A stretch of DNA of 64,000 bases from NCBI GenBank assembly GCA_017962745.1, contig JAGCUR010000013.1, forward strand, positions 1,046 through 65,045, given 5' to 3'. A model generated the notes under the pieces. The model was not told the DNA's origin, searched no databases, and saw nothing but the letters and a program-made list of their open reading frames with translations. The DNA comes from Bacilli bacterium. GTDB lineage: Bacteria; Bacillota_I; Bacilli_A; ML615J-28; CAG-698. Positions 39,170 through 50,260 of this stretch are shown in pieces; position 1 is the stretch's first letter; the number at the start of each line of letters is the position of its first letter. The position numbers were made by a program, and so were the translations under genes.

Positions 39170-41179
39170 TTATCCTCCTAATTCTAATGTGAAATTACTC
39201 CAATTTTGTGGTTCTAAATTTGTGCCATCATTTTCAAACAAGATGAAACAGCATTCTCCATCTTCCAATTCTTCTAAAGACACAAACAATCTTGTTCCTT
39301 CAAACATTTCGTTAGCATCTATAAACACTGGATATTCGTTACCATTTTTATTTAACAATAAATAACTCCAGCTATATTCATTTTCTCCAACGTTCAATGA
39401 GATATATGGTTCTGGATATTGATCTTTATCATACAAATGTTCAACACTAACTGGAACATAAGTGGCTGATTGATATGTGATAATACCACTAGACACCATG
39501 GCTGTCCCATTGGCATATACTATATAACTATAATTGCTTCGATATTCTCCGCCATTATCATATAAAATAGAATACTTTTGGCCAGTTGCACTTTCATGCA
39601 TTTCTAAATCAAATGATTTATTATATCCCTTATCACTAGTTAGATTAATGCTTAAAGCTTCGCTTTCATCATATTCACCTATGTCCACAATAGCTAATAT
39701 GTTGTGTATAAAAGATATAATTTGTACATTACTTATACTAGATGACGCTACATTATAAACAATATTCTTTTCATCATAGTAAACACTATAATTATCAATT
39801 AATAATTCATACCTATAATATTCATATTCGCTAATTTGATAATTTAATTCATAATAATACATATCATCAAATTGTGGGTTAGTGATTGTTTCTTCTAAGA
39901 AAACATTATCATCTTTATAAACAACTAATTTAACTATCTCATTTTCACTAAATTCACTAAAAGCTAAATTAACATATACATCCTTATTTTCATTATTAAC
40001 GTCTAATTCATATAATACTGTATCCCAAATATAGCCTAATACTATTTCTTCTTGGTAAATAACATTATTATTAGCATAAATGACTGCATCATATTTACCA
40101 TCAGTTAAATTGTTTACTTCACCATCGCATCTATAATATTCTTCTTCTTGAATTATATTATCTAATTCAATGCTATTAACTAGATTACCATCTAAATATA
40201 AATTTAAGCTAATTATTTCATTATCTACATAATTATCAAAATCAATATAGTAATAGAAAGTTAAATCACCATATTCATATCCAAAACAACTAGCAGTTGT
40301 ATAAGTTGGCATTTGTACATCTACTTTATTAATCATTTCTAAATTATTATTAATATATAGACATACATTATATTCTCCATCACTATTTACGCTAAATGAA
40401 TTATCATAAATATAACTATATTCATTTTGCATAACTTGATCAATTGGAATCGTTTCTATAATCTCTCCTTCTTTTTCAAGTTGTAAAAGAACATAATCAT
40501 CACTATTAAACTTGCTAAATTCTACGCTTACACAAATTAGTTCATCAACATAATTAGCATCCATTTTACTTACTATGGTTTGTGAATTCCTCGATTCAAT
40601 TACATAATCATTTTCATAAAGTGTATTAAAACCGCTTACTACACTTATATTATAAGATACGTTTTCTTTTAGCCCTTCCACATCCGCAAAATACATGTAT
40701 TGTTTTTCTTCTTCAGGGCCTTCCTCAAATGCTTCAATTTTATAAACTCGATCAGTAAATTCATTTTTAATTACCAATTCTAAGTTATCTTCTTCATAAT
40801 ATTCTGAAAATATTATGCTTATAAATAACATATTTTCGTAGTCTTCAATAAAGACATCATTAATTTTACTCTTTGGGCCAAAGATAAAACTAGTACCCAT
40901 AACTACTGCCATTGTAATAACAAGGGCTGAAGATAATATTTTAGTAAATATACTTGATAACTTTCTTGCTTTCAGACTTGATTTATTATCATTAAATTCT
41001 TTAAAGGAAGTGAATTCTTGGAATTCTCTATTGGAATAATTAGCACTATTATATTCATTATAATCATGATATTCGTTGGTAATAGCTTTTAGGCTATTAG
41101 AGCTTTCGATCTTATTTTTTTCATTATCCAAGCTAATCACTTCCTTTCTTATATAATCTAAGTTCATTATAACATACAA
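39170..41179 (-). CDS. hypothetical membrane-anchored surface protein (Tyr/Asn-rich beta-repeat ectodomain)
   Basis: 669 aa. About 80-aa cytoplasmic N-terminus, one TM (ILSSALVITMAVVMGTSFIF), then repetitive Y/N/E-rich modules. Confidence 0.55.
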   Translation of the reverse strand: MYVIMNLDYIRKEVISLDNEKNKIESSNSLKAITNEYHDYNEYNSANYSNREFQEFTSFKEFNDNKSSLKARKLSSIFTKILSSALVITMAVVMGTSFIFGPKSKINDVFIEDYENMLFISIIFSEYYEEDNLELVIKNEFTDRVYKIEAFEEGPEEEKQYMYFADVEGLKENVSYNISVVSGFNTLYENDYVIESRNSQTIVSKMDANYVDELICVSVEFSKFNSDDYVLLQLEKEGEIIETIPIDQVMQNEYSYIYDNSFSVNSDGEYNVCLYINNNLEMINKVDVQMPTYTTASCFGYEYGDLTFYYYIDFDNYVDNEIISLNLYLDGNLVNSIELDNIIQEEEYYRCDGEVNNLTDGKYDAVIYANNNVIYQEEIVLGYIWDTVLYELDVNNENKDVYVNLAFSEFSENEIVKLVVYKDDNVFLEETITNPQFDDMYYYELNYQISEYEYYRYELLIDNYSVYYDEKNIVYNVASSSISNVQIISFIHNILAIVDIGEYDESEALSINLTSDKGYNKSFDLEMHESATGQKYSILYDNGGEYRSNYSYIVYANGTAMVSSGIITYQSATYVPVSVEHLYDKDQYPEPYISLNVGENEYSWSYLLLNKNGNEYPVFIDANEMFEGTRLFVSLEELEDGECCFILFENDGTNLEPQNWSNFTLELGG

Positions 41180-41235
41180 ATAACTAACTTAGTATCAATA
41201 AAAAAAGAATTGATGAAACATCAATTCTTATAATA

Positions 41236-41311
41236 TGGTGCCCGAGACAAGATTTGAACTTGCGACCTACGCATTACGGGTGCGTTGCTCTACCAGCTGA
41301 GCTACTTGGGC
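41236..41311 (-). tRNA. tRNA-Thr (anticodon CGU)
   Basis: Cloverleaf folded by hand: acceptor GCCCAAG/CTCGGGC (one A.C mismatch), U8 A9, D-arm GCTC-AGCTGGTA-GAGC, anticodon arm ACGCA-CCCGUAA-UGCGU, T-arm GCAAG-TTCAAAT-CTTGT, encoded CCA. Position 33 is C, which is unusual. Confidence 0.7.
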
Positions 41312-41318
41312 ACCGATA

Positions 41319-42608
41319 TCAATCTAGATTCTCATACATGTAATTATTCCATGGATGATTCTTATAAAAGTTAACATGAAGTCTATGCATTTCTTCAATC
41401 AATATGCTCCACTTCATCATGCAGTGACTATCTGGGAATATATCCACATATTCATTATCTACATATATATTAAAACTTTGCGCATCTTGAATTGAAATTA
41501 CTGTGTATAATTGTTTCCAGTTTAAATCAAAATCATGTTCTTTAGTATCTTCACCTCTAAAATGTAAGCCATCATGATCTAAGCTTAATAATCCATTTGC
41601 TACTATTTCACTAGTAGCTTTGTGTTTTAAGTAATGATCATTAGGAAGTTTACCCAGTTTAACATGATCACTATAAACATAATTTGGATCTTTACGAATA
41701 TCTTTGATGATTTGAATTCTCTCGCCATTCACCCATTCCGATATCGTATTAGGAATTACGCAACTATCATCATATGGATGGAAATCATAATAATCATCTA
41801 GTTCAGCCCCGTTTCCGCAAGCTTCACAAGTAAACTTGTTACCCTCGCCTTTCATCTTAAACTCAGCACCGCACTTAGGACATCTATAAAGTAAATCTTC
41901 TAAATGGTAGCACATACGGCCATTACCTTCATATTTATAATGCTTTTCTTTATTCCATGCATATTCATCATGCCTAAAAGCATTATTAATTATTTCATCA
42001 ATTTCTTCGCTTGATTTAGCTTCTAAGTCAGCTGGTGATAAAAGTAGCGAACTTGTAGCATAAGTATTACCGCTTCTAATATCTAAGCATGCTTTAGTGT
42101 TAAGTAAGTGTTGACCTCTTAAACGTACAAAGTAAACTGGTAATTTATAATGTTTAAGCATATGGCCAGTTCCGGGAACGATTGGTTTATTCATACCGTC
42201 ATTAGTGGCTAAGCCTTCAGGTGCAAAAGCAATGCAAGCACCAAGGTTGATCATCTTACGCATGATACGTGTTGATAAGATATCGTTAACATAAGGCTTT
42301 TTAGGTAAAACATTATTATGCTTAAAAGCAAAATGTAAATGTGATCTAAAGAATTCCCCATAAGAACATAAAATGTTAACTCTTCTAGGGTATGCTATCT
42401 CCATTACATACATATGATCTAGTCTTGATAAATGATTGAAGATTACAAAGCAAGGGCCCTTGCAATCGTTAATATCATCAATCTTTTCGTAGTGAGGATG
42501 ATACTTCCTACCTACAATTCTCATAACATTACGGTAAATAAAGTACCATAACCTTTTAGTTATATGATAATTACGATTAGTAATTTCTTTTCTTATATCT
42601 TTTTTCAT
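41319..42608 (-). CDS. lysophospholipid acyltransferase (PlsC-like) family protein with C-terminal zinc-ribbon-containing extension
   Basis: 429 aa. HX4D motif FNHLSRLDH and APEG block. Later CPKCGAEF...CEACGN. Confidence 0.7.
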   Translation of the reverse strand: MKKDIRKEITNRNYHITKRLWYFIYRNVMRIVGRKYHPHYEKIDDINDCKGPCFVIFNHLSRLDHMYVMEIAYPRRVNILCSYGEFFRSHLHFAFKHNNVLPKKPYVNDILSTRIMRKMINLGACIAFAPEGLATNDGMNKPIVPGTGHMLKHYKLPVYFVRLRGQHLLNTKACLDIRSGNTYATSSLLLSPADLEAKSSEEIDEIINNAFRHDEYAWNKEKHYKYEGNGRMCYHLEDLLYRCPKCGAEFKMKGEGNKFTCEACGNGAELDDYYDFHPYDDSCVIPNTISEWVNGERIQIIKDIRKDPNYVYSDHVKLGKLPNDHYLKHKATSEIVANGLLSLDHDGLHFRGEDTKEHDFDLNWKQLYTVISIQDAQSFNIYVDNEYVDIFPDSHCMMKWSILIEEMHRLHVNFYKNHPWNNYMYENLD

Positions 42609-43534
42609 TTAGACTTCCCTTTTTCTTTTGATCTCTTGTCATTTATTATTTGCATTTCTTTTTCAGTAATTAATGTACAGTTATTTTCTTTAGCCCAGTT
42701 AACACAGCCCGTTAATACTAGTTTTAAGAATGGGCGAGGGACTTTAACTAACATCTTTAGCGCATCATCAGAAAACTTAACTACATCATCAATACGATCG
42801 GCTGCATATCTTACACTAGTTAAATCCACTTCACGGTTAGGAATAGGTTGCGCATTTGGCTTTTTATAATCCGAACACCAGAAGTTTTTCGAATCTCTAT
42901 AGCCCCAGTTTGTGGCAAGAGGCATAAAGTTCGATTTAGTTACACCATTGATGATCGCATCATAATACTTTTCCTTCATCAAAATCTTATCGACTTTTAA
43001 AATGAAGTGGGCACCAAACTTTGATGTAATACCATTAAAGTTATGATATGGACCGCTATATTCTTCTTGAACAGTAGTATCTTCACAATCTTCTAATTCT
43101 TTCCACCAACTACATTCAAAAACTTGTAGAGCTTCACTTATAACTTTTGGATATTTTTCATCTTTATTAGCTTCAGCTAATAAGCCATCTTCTAGGTGGA
43201 AACAAAAATCTTTCATCTTCTCTTCTGGTGTATCACCAGGAAAGCCTAAATCAACGTGTTTAGCAAATATCTTTTTTGAATATGGTAAAAAGTTAATCGT
43301 GCATTTACCATGTCTAATAATACCCTTAGCGGTATTCGATGTGTTTCTACATTCTAACACCATTGCATAGTGATCTTTACCGGCAATGTAATAAGGAAAA
43401 CATAATGAGTAAGCTCCAAAACTAGTCTTTTCCCCTTTTTCATCAAGCGTCCCAATTAAGCATAGTGGCATTGGGAAGAATGATGAAGTTTGATAAAAGT
43501 TATCAACTATTCTTAAATTTTTAAAACTGCTCAT
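42605..43534 (-). CDS. hypothetical protein with flavin-reductase-like N-terminal domain
   Basis: 309 aa. The N-terminal pattern PMPLCLIGTLDEKGEKTSFGAYSLCFPY...VLECRNTSNTAKGIIRHGKCTINF resembles FMN-binding split-barrel flavin reductases. Confidence 0.45.
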   Translation of the reverse strand: MSSFKNLRIVDNFYQTSSFFPMPLCLIGTLDEKGEKTSFGAYSLCFPYYIAGKDHYAMVLECRNTSNTAKGIIRHGKCTINFLPYSKKIFAKHVDLGFPGDTPEEKMKDFCFHLEDGLLAEANKDEKYPKVISEALQVFECSWWKELEDCEDTTVQEEYSGPYHNFNGITSKFGAHFILKVDKILMKEKYYDAIINGVTKSNFMPLATNWGYRDSKNFWCSDYKKPNAQPIPNREVDLTSVRYAADRIDDVVKFSDDALKMLVKVPRPFLKLVLTGCVNWAKENNCTLITEKEMQIINDKRSKEKGKSK

Positions 43535-43553
43535 ATTTACCCTTTCTTTTATA

Positions 43554-44561
43554 TTATAAGAATATAAATTCTAAAATCATGGCGATAACGCCAATCAAAC
43601 AAAATGCACTCGCAAAAGCGATATATTTAGTCTTTTTAGAAGCGATTGCATTAATAAGCGTTGGAATAGCACTTGCTAGTAATACTACTAAAAAGATTGA
43701 GCATACAATCATACCAATTCCTTGGTTGATTAAAAAGATAATTATACCTAGTGTTACTAAGGCTGCTAAAACGAATGATACGTTTAGGCCAGTCTCAACT
43801 CTACTATAAACTTTACCAAATAGTTTTAAGATGAAATAAGCAGCTAGTGGCACTAATAGCGTACCAACACCGATAATTAAAACATAAATTAATTGTCCAA
43901 AACTACCTAAACTATTAACCAAAGATACTCTAACGTTTTCTAAGAAATCCGCATTGCATGATCTAAAGTTATTGAAGTTAGTATCAATTACATTAGCAAG
44001 TACACCAGCAATTACTGCATAAATTGCAAAAGCGATTAAGATTGCTTTAATATCTTTCTTTGTGTCAAATTCACATACGCCGCCGCACACAAAGAAAAAG
44101 AATGGTAACAAGGCAATATTATGAAAGATTACTGAGTGGAACTGGAAGAATCTATAAATATCTTCACCACTAAAGAATACTTTAATCATGCGAATATCAT
44201 TATCTGGATAAATCAGTAATGGATATACTGACATAAACAAGAATAAACAAGTCGATATAACCCCTGCTAATACTCTAAACGTATTTTTATATTTACCTTT
44301 ATAAAATACAGCTAAAGGTAAGAAATATAAAAACAGTGAACAAAAATGAAGTGGAATATGATACAAATCATATCCACGAATAATACTTAGTAATTGTTTA
44401 AAAAACTCTAATACTAATAAAACAATTGTTACGATCGTGATCGGTAACATTTTTTTATTATCATCTTTATTCTTAATTAATTTATATAAGAAAAAAGAAA
44501 ATAAGATAATAACAATGAATACGGGAATGAGCGTATAAGCCCTAAACCTTGACCAAAACAT
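43554..44561 (-). CDS. hypothetical polytopic membrane protein
   Basis: 335 aa, 8-9 predicted TM helices. No recognisable motif. Confidence 0.55.
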   Translation of the reverse strand: MFWSRFRAYTLIPVFIVIILFSFFLYKLIKNKDDNKKMLPITIVTIVLLVLEFFKQLLSIIRGYDLYHIPLHFCSLFLYFLPLAVFYKGKYKNTFRVLAGVISTCLFLFMSVYPLLIYPDNDIRMIKVFFSGEDIYRFFQFHSVIFHNIALLPFFFFVCGGVCEFDTKKDIKAILIAFAIYAVIAGVLANVIDTNFNNFRSCNADFLENVRVSLVNSLGSFGQLIYVLIIGVGTLLVPLAAYFILKLFGKVYSRVETGLNVSFVLAALVTLGIIIFLINQGIGMIVCSIFLVVLLASAIPTLINAIASKKTKYIAFASAFCLIGVIAMILEFIFL

Positions 44562-44593
44562 TTTTTTTCTCCTTTATCAATACATTTTATTAT

Positions 44594-45112
44594 TTATTGT
44601 AATGTTTTCCAGTAACGTCTTGTTAAGAACATTATGCCATCTTCTTCTACGTTTACTTTATCGGCTAAAGTAAAACCATTCTTTTCCATAACTTTAGCTG
44701 ATGCATAATTATCATCATTACAAGTTATTAAAACGCGCTCTAGTTTCAACTCTTTAGCCTTCTTTAAAGCTAATGATAACATTAGTGTTCCGTATCCTTT
44801 ATTCCATTCAGAGAATCTTACACCATATCCAATATGACCACCACGCAATATGAGGGCATCATTTAATTTATGGCGGATAGATATCTCCCCAATGAAATAT
44901 TTAGTATCTTCTTCTACAAGCCAGTACTTGTCTTCCCCAACACGGTTAGATGGAAGATTACGCTCGAGGCGATAATTTTCAAACTTCTCAAAAATATCGC
45001 AAGCTGCGGGATCGCTAAACCTATAAGTACTCACTTTATTTTTAGTGTATTCTTCTCTAGCCTCAATGTAAGATGCTAAATAGTCTTTACAAGGTATAAC
45101 TAACTTTACCAT
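44594..45112 (-). CDS. GNAT family N-acetyltransferase
   Basis: 172 aa. Acetyl-CoA binding region GYGVRFSEWNKGYGTLMLSLALKKA. Confidence 0.8.
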   Translation of the reverse strand: MVKLVIPCKDYLASYIEAREEYTKNKVSTYRFSDPAACDIFEKFENYRLERNLPSNRVGEDKYWLVEEDTKYFIGEISIRHKLNDALILRGGHIGYGVRFSEWNKGYGTLMLSLALKKAKELKLERVLITCNDDNYASAKVMEKNGFTLADKVNVEEDGIMFLTRRYWKTLQ

Positions 45113-45146
45113 CGTTACTCCTTAAATAATAATTTGTTTATTTTTA

Positions 45147-45221
45147 TGGCAGGCACTATAGGATTCGAACCTATGAATGACTGGGTCAGAGCCAGTTGCC
45201 TTACCGCTTGGCTAAGTGCCT
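45147..45221 (-). tRNA. tRNA-Gln (anticodon CUG)
   Basis: Perfect 7-bp acceptor AGGCACT/AGTGCCT. D-loop AGCCAAGCGGTAAGGCA typical of tRNA-Gln. Anticodon arm ACTGG-CTCTGAC-CCAGT. T-arm ATAGG-TTCGAAT-CCTAT. Encoded CCA. Confidence 0.85.
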
Positions 45222-45252
45222 AAATTAAACTTATATGCTAAGCATATAAGTT

Positions 45253-46563
45253 TTATAATTTCATAATTTTATAAATATCTTCAATTGATTGAAGTTCACT
45301 TCTAATAGTGACCTCTCCATCATTAATTACTAAATCTTTTTCTTCCGGAAGTAAGCAGTGGTGAACACCACCTTTTCCATTCATACTATTTTGATACGAT
45401 CCAGTTCCCATTAGACCAATATATAATTCATCAATCTTTGGTAAATTAATATAACCTTTATCTTTTTCAAAATATACATCATCACAGTCGCATGTAATTC
45501 CGGCTAAGTATCCTTTGACCATTTCTTGATCAAGACCATTGATTGGTCTTACCTCAATTGGTTCACCTAAAGCATACATTTCAGGCATGGCTATAAGCAA
45601 GCTACCATCGACGATATGCCATGGATATTTATCAGTATATTTAATACCAACTACTTTATAAATATTAACTGTTGCATCCTTTTGTGAATACTTACCATTT
45701 TCACTCATTAAGTTAGGATAAGGTAAGCCTTCTTTATTGCATAACTTCATAATTAAGTTAAGGACATAATTTGCCCACTTATCGTAATCAAAACCTTCAT
45801 CAACGGGAAGTGGTGTTCCTCCACCCATATTAAAGTTAGTTACTGACTTATAAAGCTTAGCGGCTTTTATGTAATATTTATTAAATACTTTTTCAAAATT
45901 AGCTTCAAATTTATCTTCCTCGTAATCAAAACCTCTTTGGTGGAAATGGATGGTAGATAAAGTAAGGTTAGTATTTTTAATATCATTTAAAATATAATCA
46001 ATTTCACTATCCATCAAGCCAAAGCGATCATTTTTGATTTCTTCTTCCTTTTCCGAATACATCGCTTCAATATGAATACGCATACCAACTTCAATTGCTA
46101 GGCCACTTTTCTTTAAAGCAACATACTCAGAAACTGAATCAATGATATCGATAATCTTAATTCCTTCATTATGAATTTTAATAATCTCCCCGATATAATC
46201 ATCTAATTTATATCCATTACAAACGATATATTTATATTTGTATTCCGGATAACGATTAAATAATTCATGAGTGAATAGTAAATCATAATAACTTGAAGTC
46301 TCTAATCCATCCGCATGTTTAAATGCTTCAATTACTTCTAAAGCCCCATAGTTAGCTTTATTAGCATTTAAGTAAATAAATTTAGCTGGATAATTATTCT
46401 TTTTAATCGCTTTATCAAAACTAGCTTTTAAGCTGACGATATGATCTTTAATAACATCTAAAAATGTTATTTTTAAAGGAGTACCATATTTTCTTGCTAA
46501 AGCGGTTAAAGAATAACCATTATAAAATAATTCGTTATTTTTAATTTCTTTTAATCTTTTCAT
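45253..46563 (-). CDS. type III PLP-dependent decarboxylase (Orn/DAP/Arg decarboxylase family; ornithine/lysine/DAP decarboxylase-like)
   Basis: 436 aa. YGTPL N-terminal motif, ANKAN (PLP-Lys region), MGGG glycine motif. C-terminal CDCDD resembles the CESGD active-site region. Confidence 0.7.
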   Translation of the reverse strand: MKRLKEIKNNELFYNGYSLTALARKYGTPLKITFLDVIKDHIVSLKASFDKAIKKNNYPAKFIYLNANKANYGALEVIEAFKHADGLETSSYYDLLFTHELFNRYPEYKYKYIVCNGYKLDDYIGEIIKIHNEGIKIIDIIDSVSEYVALKKSGLAIEVGMRIHIEAMYSEKEEEIKNDRFGLMDSEIDYILNDIKNTNLTLSTIHFHQRGFDYEEDKFEANFEKVFNKYYIKAAKLYKSVTNFNMGGGTPLPVDEGFDYDKWANYVLNLIMKLCNKEGLPYPNLMSENGKYSQKDATVNIYKVVGIKYTDKYPWHIVDGSLLIAMPEMYALGEPIEVRPINGLDQEMVKGYLAGITCDCDDVYFEKDKGYINLPKIDELYIGLMGTGSYQNSMNGKGGVHHCLLPEEKDLVINDGEVTIRSELQSIEDIYKIMKL

Positions 46564-46566
46564 AAG

Positions 46567-47484
46567 CTAAAGTCTAATAGTTGTTCCACTTAATCCTTGT
46601 AATGCTTCGCTAGCTTTTTCAATAGAAGTAATAATCGCTATGCGGCTCTTACCACCCTTGGCAAAGTCGATACTAGCTTCGACTTTTGGTTTCATACTTC
46701 CAGCCTTAAAATGACCTTCAAGATTATATTTTTCCATCTCATCTACAGTTGCTTTTACTAATTTTTGTTCATTTGGCATTCCAAAATTAATTAGCGCATT
46801 ATCTACAGCAGTAAGTATTAGTAAGCAGTCAGCATCAATTTGATCAGCTAATTTACTTGATGCAAAATCTTTATCGATTACCGCATCAATACCACTTAAC
46901 TTTCCATCACTAGATATGACTGGGATTCCCCCGCCGCCACATGCAATTACGATAAACCCAGCATTAACTAAGGAAGCGATTTGTTCGCTTTCAATAATCT
47001 TAACAGGTTTTGGGCTAGCGATAACGCGTCTATAGCCTCTTCCTGCATCTTCTTTTACCGGATAACCCAGTTTGAGCGCTTCTTCTTTAGAATAAAAAGA
47101 ACCAATTGGTTTAGTTGGGTCTAAGAAAGCCGGATCATCTTTAGCTACTTCTACTTGGGTAATTAAAGTAACTACTTTCTTATTAATATTATTAAGAGCT
47201 AACTCGTTACTAATCGCATTTTGTAAGTGATAGCCAATATAACCTTGGCTCATCGCTCCACATTCACTAAATGGCATATCTTCAACTTTTGGATTTACCT
47301 TTTTACCTTCGCTAAAAGCGAGGTTAATTAAGCCCACTTGCGGACCATTGCCGTGTGAAATAATAACATCATGCCCTTGTTTAATAATCTCTACAATCTT
47401 TTTAGCAGTTAGGGTAGCATTCCCTTTTTGTTCAGCTACGCTACTGCCTAATGCATTGCCACCTAAAGCAATAACTATTTTCAT
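46567..47484 (-). CDS. arcC: carbamate kinase
   Basis: 305 aa. [13 protein letters not shown]-terminus. Full-length match to the carbamate kinase pattern. Confidence 0.9.
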   Translation of the reverse strand: MKIVIALGGNALGSSVAEQKGNATLTAKKIVEIIKQGHDVIISHGNGPQVGLINLAFSEGKKVNPKVEDMPFSECGAMSQGYIGYHLQNAISNELALNNINKKVVTLITQVEVAKDDPAFLDPTKPIGSFYSKEEALKLGYPVKEDAGRGYRRVIASPKPVKIIESEQIASLVNAGFIVIACGGGGIPVISSDGKLSGIDAVIDKDFASSKLADQIDADCLLILTAVDNALINFGMPNEQKLVKATVDEMEKYNLEGHFKAGSMKPKVEASIDFAKGGKSRIAIITSIEKASEALQGLSGTTIRL

Positions 47485-48473
47485 TATCGCACCATCGTAG
47501 CATAGATTACGGCTTTAATTGTATGTAATCTATTTTCTGCTTCATCAAAGACTTTTGACTGGTTTCCTTCAAAAACATCTTCAGTAACTTCTAGGCCATC
47601 TAGACCAAACTTTTCATATACTTCCATTCCAATTTTAGTTTCTAAGTTATGGAATGATGGTAAGCAGTGTAAGAAAATAGCATCATTTTTAGCTTTAGCC
47701 ATCAGGCCGCTATTTACTTGATATGGAAGCAGCATCTTAATTCTTTCTTCCCATACGCTATCAGCTTCACCCATTGATACCCATACATCAGTTACTACTA
47801 CATCAGCATCTTTAATTGCTTCATCGATATCTTCAGTTAGGTGAACACTTGCTCCAGTTGAGTTAGCTACATCTTCACATTTATTAAATAATTCTTCCGT
47901 AGGCCATAAAGCCTTTGGCGCACATGCCACAAAATTCATACCCATCTTAGCAGCACCAATCATTAGTGAATTACCCATATTATATCTAGCATCACCAAAA
48001 TATGCCATCTTGATACCTTTTAAGCGCCCCTTATGTTCTTTAATAGTAAGTAAGTCAGCTAAAATTTGCGTTGGGTGATATGTTTCAGTTAACCCATTCC
48101 AAGTAGGTACTCCACTATACTTAGCAAGGCATTCGACTGTTTCTTGTTTAAAACCACGATATTCAATACCATCAAACATTCTACCTAGTACTCTAGCTGT
48201 ATCTTTAATTGATTCTTTTTTACCCATTTGACTACCAGTTGGTCCAAGGTAAGTCGCATGCATTCCGAGGTCGTATGCGGCAACTTCAAAAGCGCATCTT
48301 GTACGCGTTGAATCTTTTTCAAATAATAAGACAATGTTTTTACCTTCTAATACATTAGTCTTAATTCCTTTTTTCTTAGCATCTTTCAATTCTGCTGCTA
48401 AATTTAATAAATAATCAATCTCTTCAGGTGTGAAATCTAAAAGTGTTAATAAATTTCTTTTATATAAATTCAT
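47484..48473 (-). CDS. arcB: ornithine carbamoyltransferase (catabolic)
   Basis: 329 aa. STRTRCAFE carbamoyl-phosphate motif and HCLP motif. Confidence 0.9.
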   Translation of the reverse strand: MNLYKRNLLTLLDFTPEEIDYLLNLAAELKDAKKKGIKTNVLEGKNIVLLFEKDSTRTRCAFEVAAYDLGMHATYLGPTGSQMGKKESIKDTARVLGRMFDGIEYRGFKQETVECLAKYSGVPTWNGLTETYHPTQILADLLTIKEHKGRLKGIKMAYFGDARYNMGNSLMIGAAKMGMNFVACAPKALWPTEELFNKCEDVANSTGASVHLTEDIDEAIKDADVVVTDVWVSMGEADSVWEERIKMLLPYQVNSGLMAKAKNDAIFLHCLPSFHNLETKIGMEVYEKFGLDGLEVTEDVFEGNQSKVFDEAENRLHTIKAVIYATMVR

Positions 48474-48477
48474 TTTC

Positions 48478-49686
48478 TTACTCTCTTTCTAATGGCATAC
48501 ACATACATCTAGGGCCACCGCGGCCACGTGACAACTCACTTGATGGAATTGTATGTACAGTTATTCCATAATTTTTCAATGTTTTATTCGTTATATCATT
48601 TCTTTCATATGCTATTACTTCACCAGGAGCAATTGCGATCGTATTCGATCCATCACTCCACTGTTCTCTAGCAGCAGACACGCTATCTTCCCCTCCACAA
48701 GGAATAAGCGTCACTTTTTTACCAATATAAGCTTCTAAAATATCTTCTAACGTATCATTTAATTCTTTAACTTTTAATTTACCGACCTTTTCTTCATCTT
48801 TAGTAACTTCATAAACCTTTAGAGTCTCATAACATTCTTTATGAATCGTAAATTTATCATAGTCTACTTGGGTAAAGACTGTATCAAGGTGCATAAAAGT
48901 TCGCATCTTTGGAATTGTGAAAGCTAAAACTCGTTTTAGCGAAGTCTTTTGTTCATAAAACATATTTTTAGCTAATTTTTCAATCGCTCCACTATGAGTT
49001 CTTTCACTTACACCAACGATTAGGGTTTCTTTATTTAATACTAAGATATCTCCACCTTCAATATTTAACTCATTATCGCGGTTATAGAATAATTTAGTAC
49101 CTTTATAATCCTTATGATATAAGAAAATATACTTAGCATAAATCGTTTCACGGCTACGGGTAGCTGAATACATCTTGTTTAAGCAAATTCCATCATAAAT
49201 GGAAGCAAATGGATCTCTAGTAAAATATAAATTAGGCATTGGATTACAAACAAATGGATAATCAACTACATAATCGGTTAATGTAATCTTTTTATCTGAT
49301 TCCATTTCACTCTTTTTAATACCAGCCATCGTTTTTAACACTAATTCTTTAGGATCAGTAATTCCCATTAGGTAATCAGTAACGATTTCTTTTAAAGTTT
49401 CACTATGAATACTAGCTTCACTAACAAATTCCTTAACAAATTTCTCTTTAATTTCACTATCTTTTAATACATCAGCTACTAAATCTTCTAAATAAACTAC
49501 TTTTACACCGGCATTTCTGAATGCATTAGCAAATGCATCGTGTTCAGCGCGGGCAAGTGGTAGCCATGGGATATCATCAAACAATAATTCTTCTAAATAG
49601 CGAGGAATTAAATTGTTTAATTCTTCTCCTGGATAGTGAAGAAGCACGGTTTTTAGCTTCCCAATCTCTGAATATACATTAATCAT
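48478..49686 (-). CDS. arcA: arginine deiminase
   Basis: 402 aa. The N-terminus [23 protein letters not shown] and the C-terminal catalytic Cys region ([10 protein letters not shown]) are typical of ADI. Confidence 0.9.
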   Translation of the reverse strand: MINVYSEIGKLKTVLLHYPGEELNNLIPRYLEELLFDDIPWLPLARAEHDAFANAFRNAGVKVVYLEDLVADVLKDSEIKEKFVKEFVSEASIHSETLKEIVTDYLMGITDPKELVLKTMAGIKKSEMESDKKITLTDYVVDYPFVCNPMPNLYFTRDPFASIYDGICLNKMYSATRSRETIYAKYIFLYHKDYKGTKLFYNRDNELNIEGGDILVLNKETLIVGVSERTHSGAIEKLAKNMFYEQKTSLKRVLAFTIPKMRTFMHLDTVFTQVDYDKFTIHKECYETLKVYEVTKDEEKVGKLKVKELNDTLEDILEAYIGKKVTLIPCGGEDSVSAAREQWSDGSNTIAIAPGEVIAYERNDITNKTLKNYGITVHTIPSSELSRGRGGPRCMCMPLERE

Positions 49687-50260
49687 GGTCTTCCTCCATA
49701 CAAAGTGCGCTAATAATCTTATTAATTATCCTACTCATTTCGCTAATTTCCATCTTCGGAATGCGTTTATCTTCATCTTGACCTAAAAAACTTGGTAAAT
49801 GGATAAATAAACTATCAATTTCTAACTCTTTTAGCGTGCAATAATAGACGTAATTACATAGATATGAGCCACAATTTTTAGAAATTGTGATCTTTTCTTC
49901 GCCAACTTTATTTATTATACTTTCTAAATTCAATTTAGTATACAAATAATGGCTAGAATTTTCATAAATTTCCTCATTTGGGTAGTATTCATCCATATCT
50001 TTAGCCTTCGGATTGTTTAAATTCGTGGCTCTAGATTCTAAACTGATGGCCTCTCTACCACGGGCCTGACCAAGCATTAAAATTAAATCGTATTTATTAG
50101 CAAATGCTTTATCCTTTATCGTTTGAAAATCTTTTAAGTACTTAACTTCAAGCCTTATTTTATCCACATTTTCGAAGTCGATAACTTTCGCAACTTCTTC
50201 GCTAGAATTTGTACTAATTTCCCCAAAAGGAGCAAAATAAGTTAGCAATATTTTTTTCAT
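49679..50260 (-). CDS. pcp: pyroglutamyl-peptidase I
   Basis: FAPFG, GQARGR and catalytic Cys NCGSYLCN motifs. Start taken at MKKILL (GAGG RBS) rather than the longest ORF. Overlaps arcA by 8 nt. Confidence 0.8.
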   Translation of the reverse strand: MKKILLTYFAPFGEISTNSSEEVAKVIDFENVDKIRLEVKYLKDFQTIKDKAFANKYDLILMLGQARGREAISLESRATNLNNPKAKDMDEYYPNEEIYENSSHYLYTKLNLESIINKVGEEKITISKNCGSYLCNYVYYCTLKELEIDSLFIHLPSFLGQDEDKRIPKMEISEMSRIINKIISALCMEEDHD

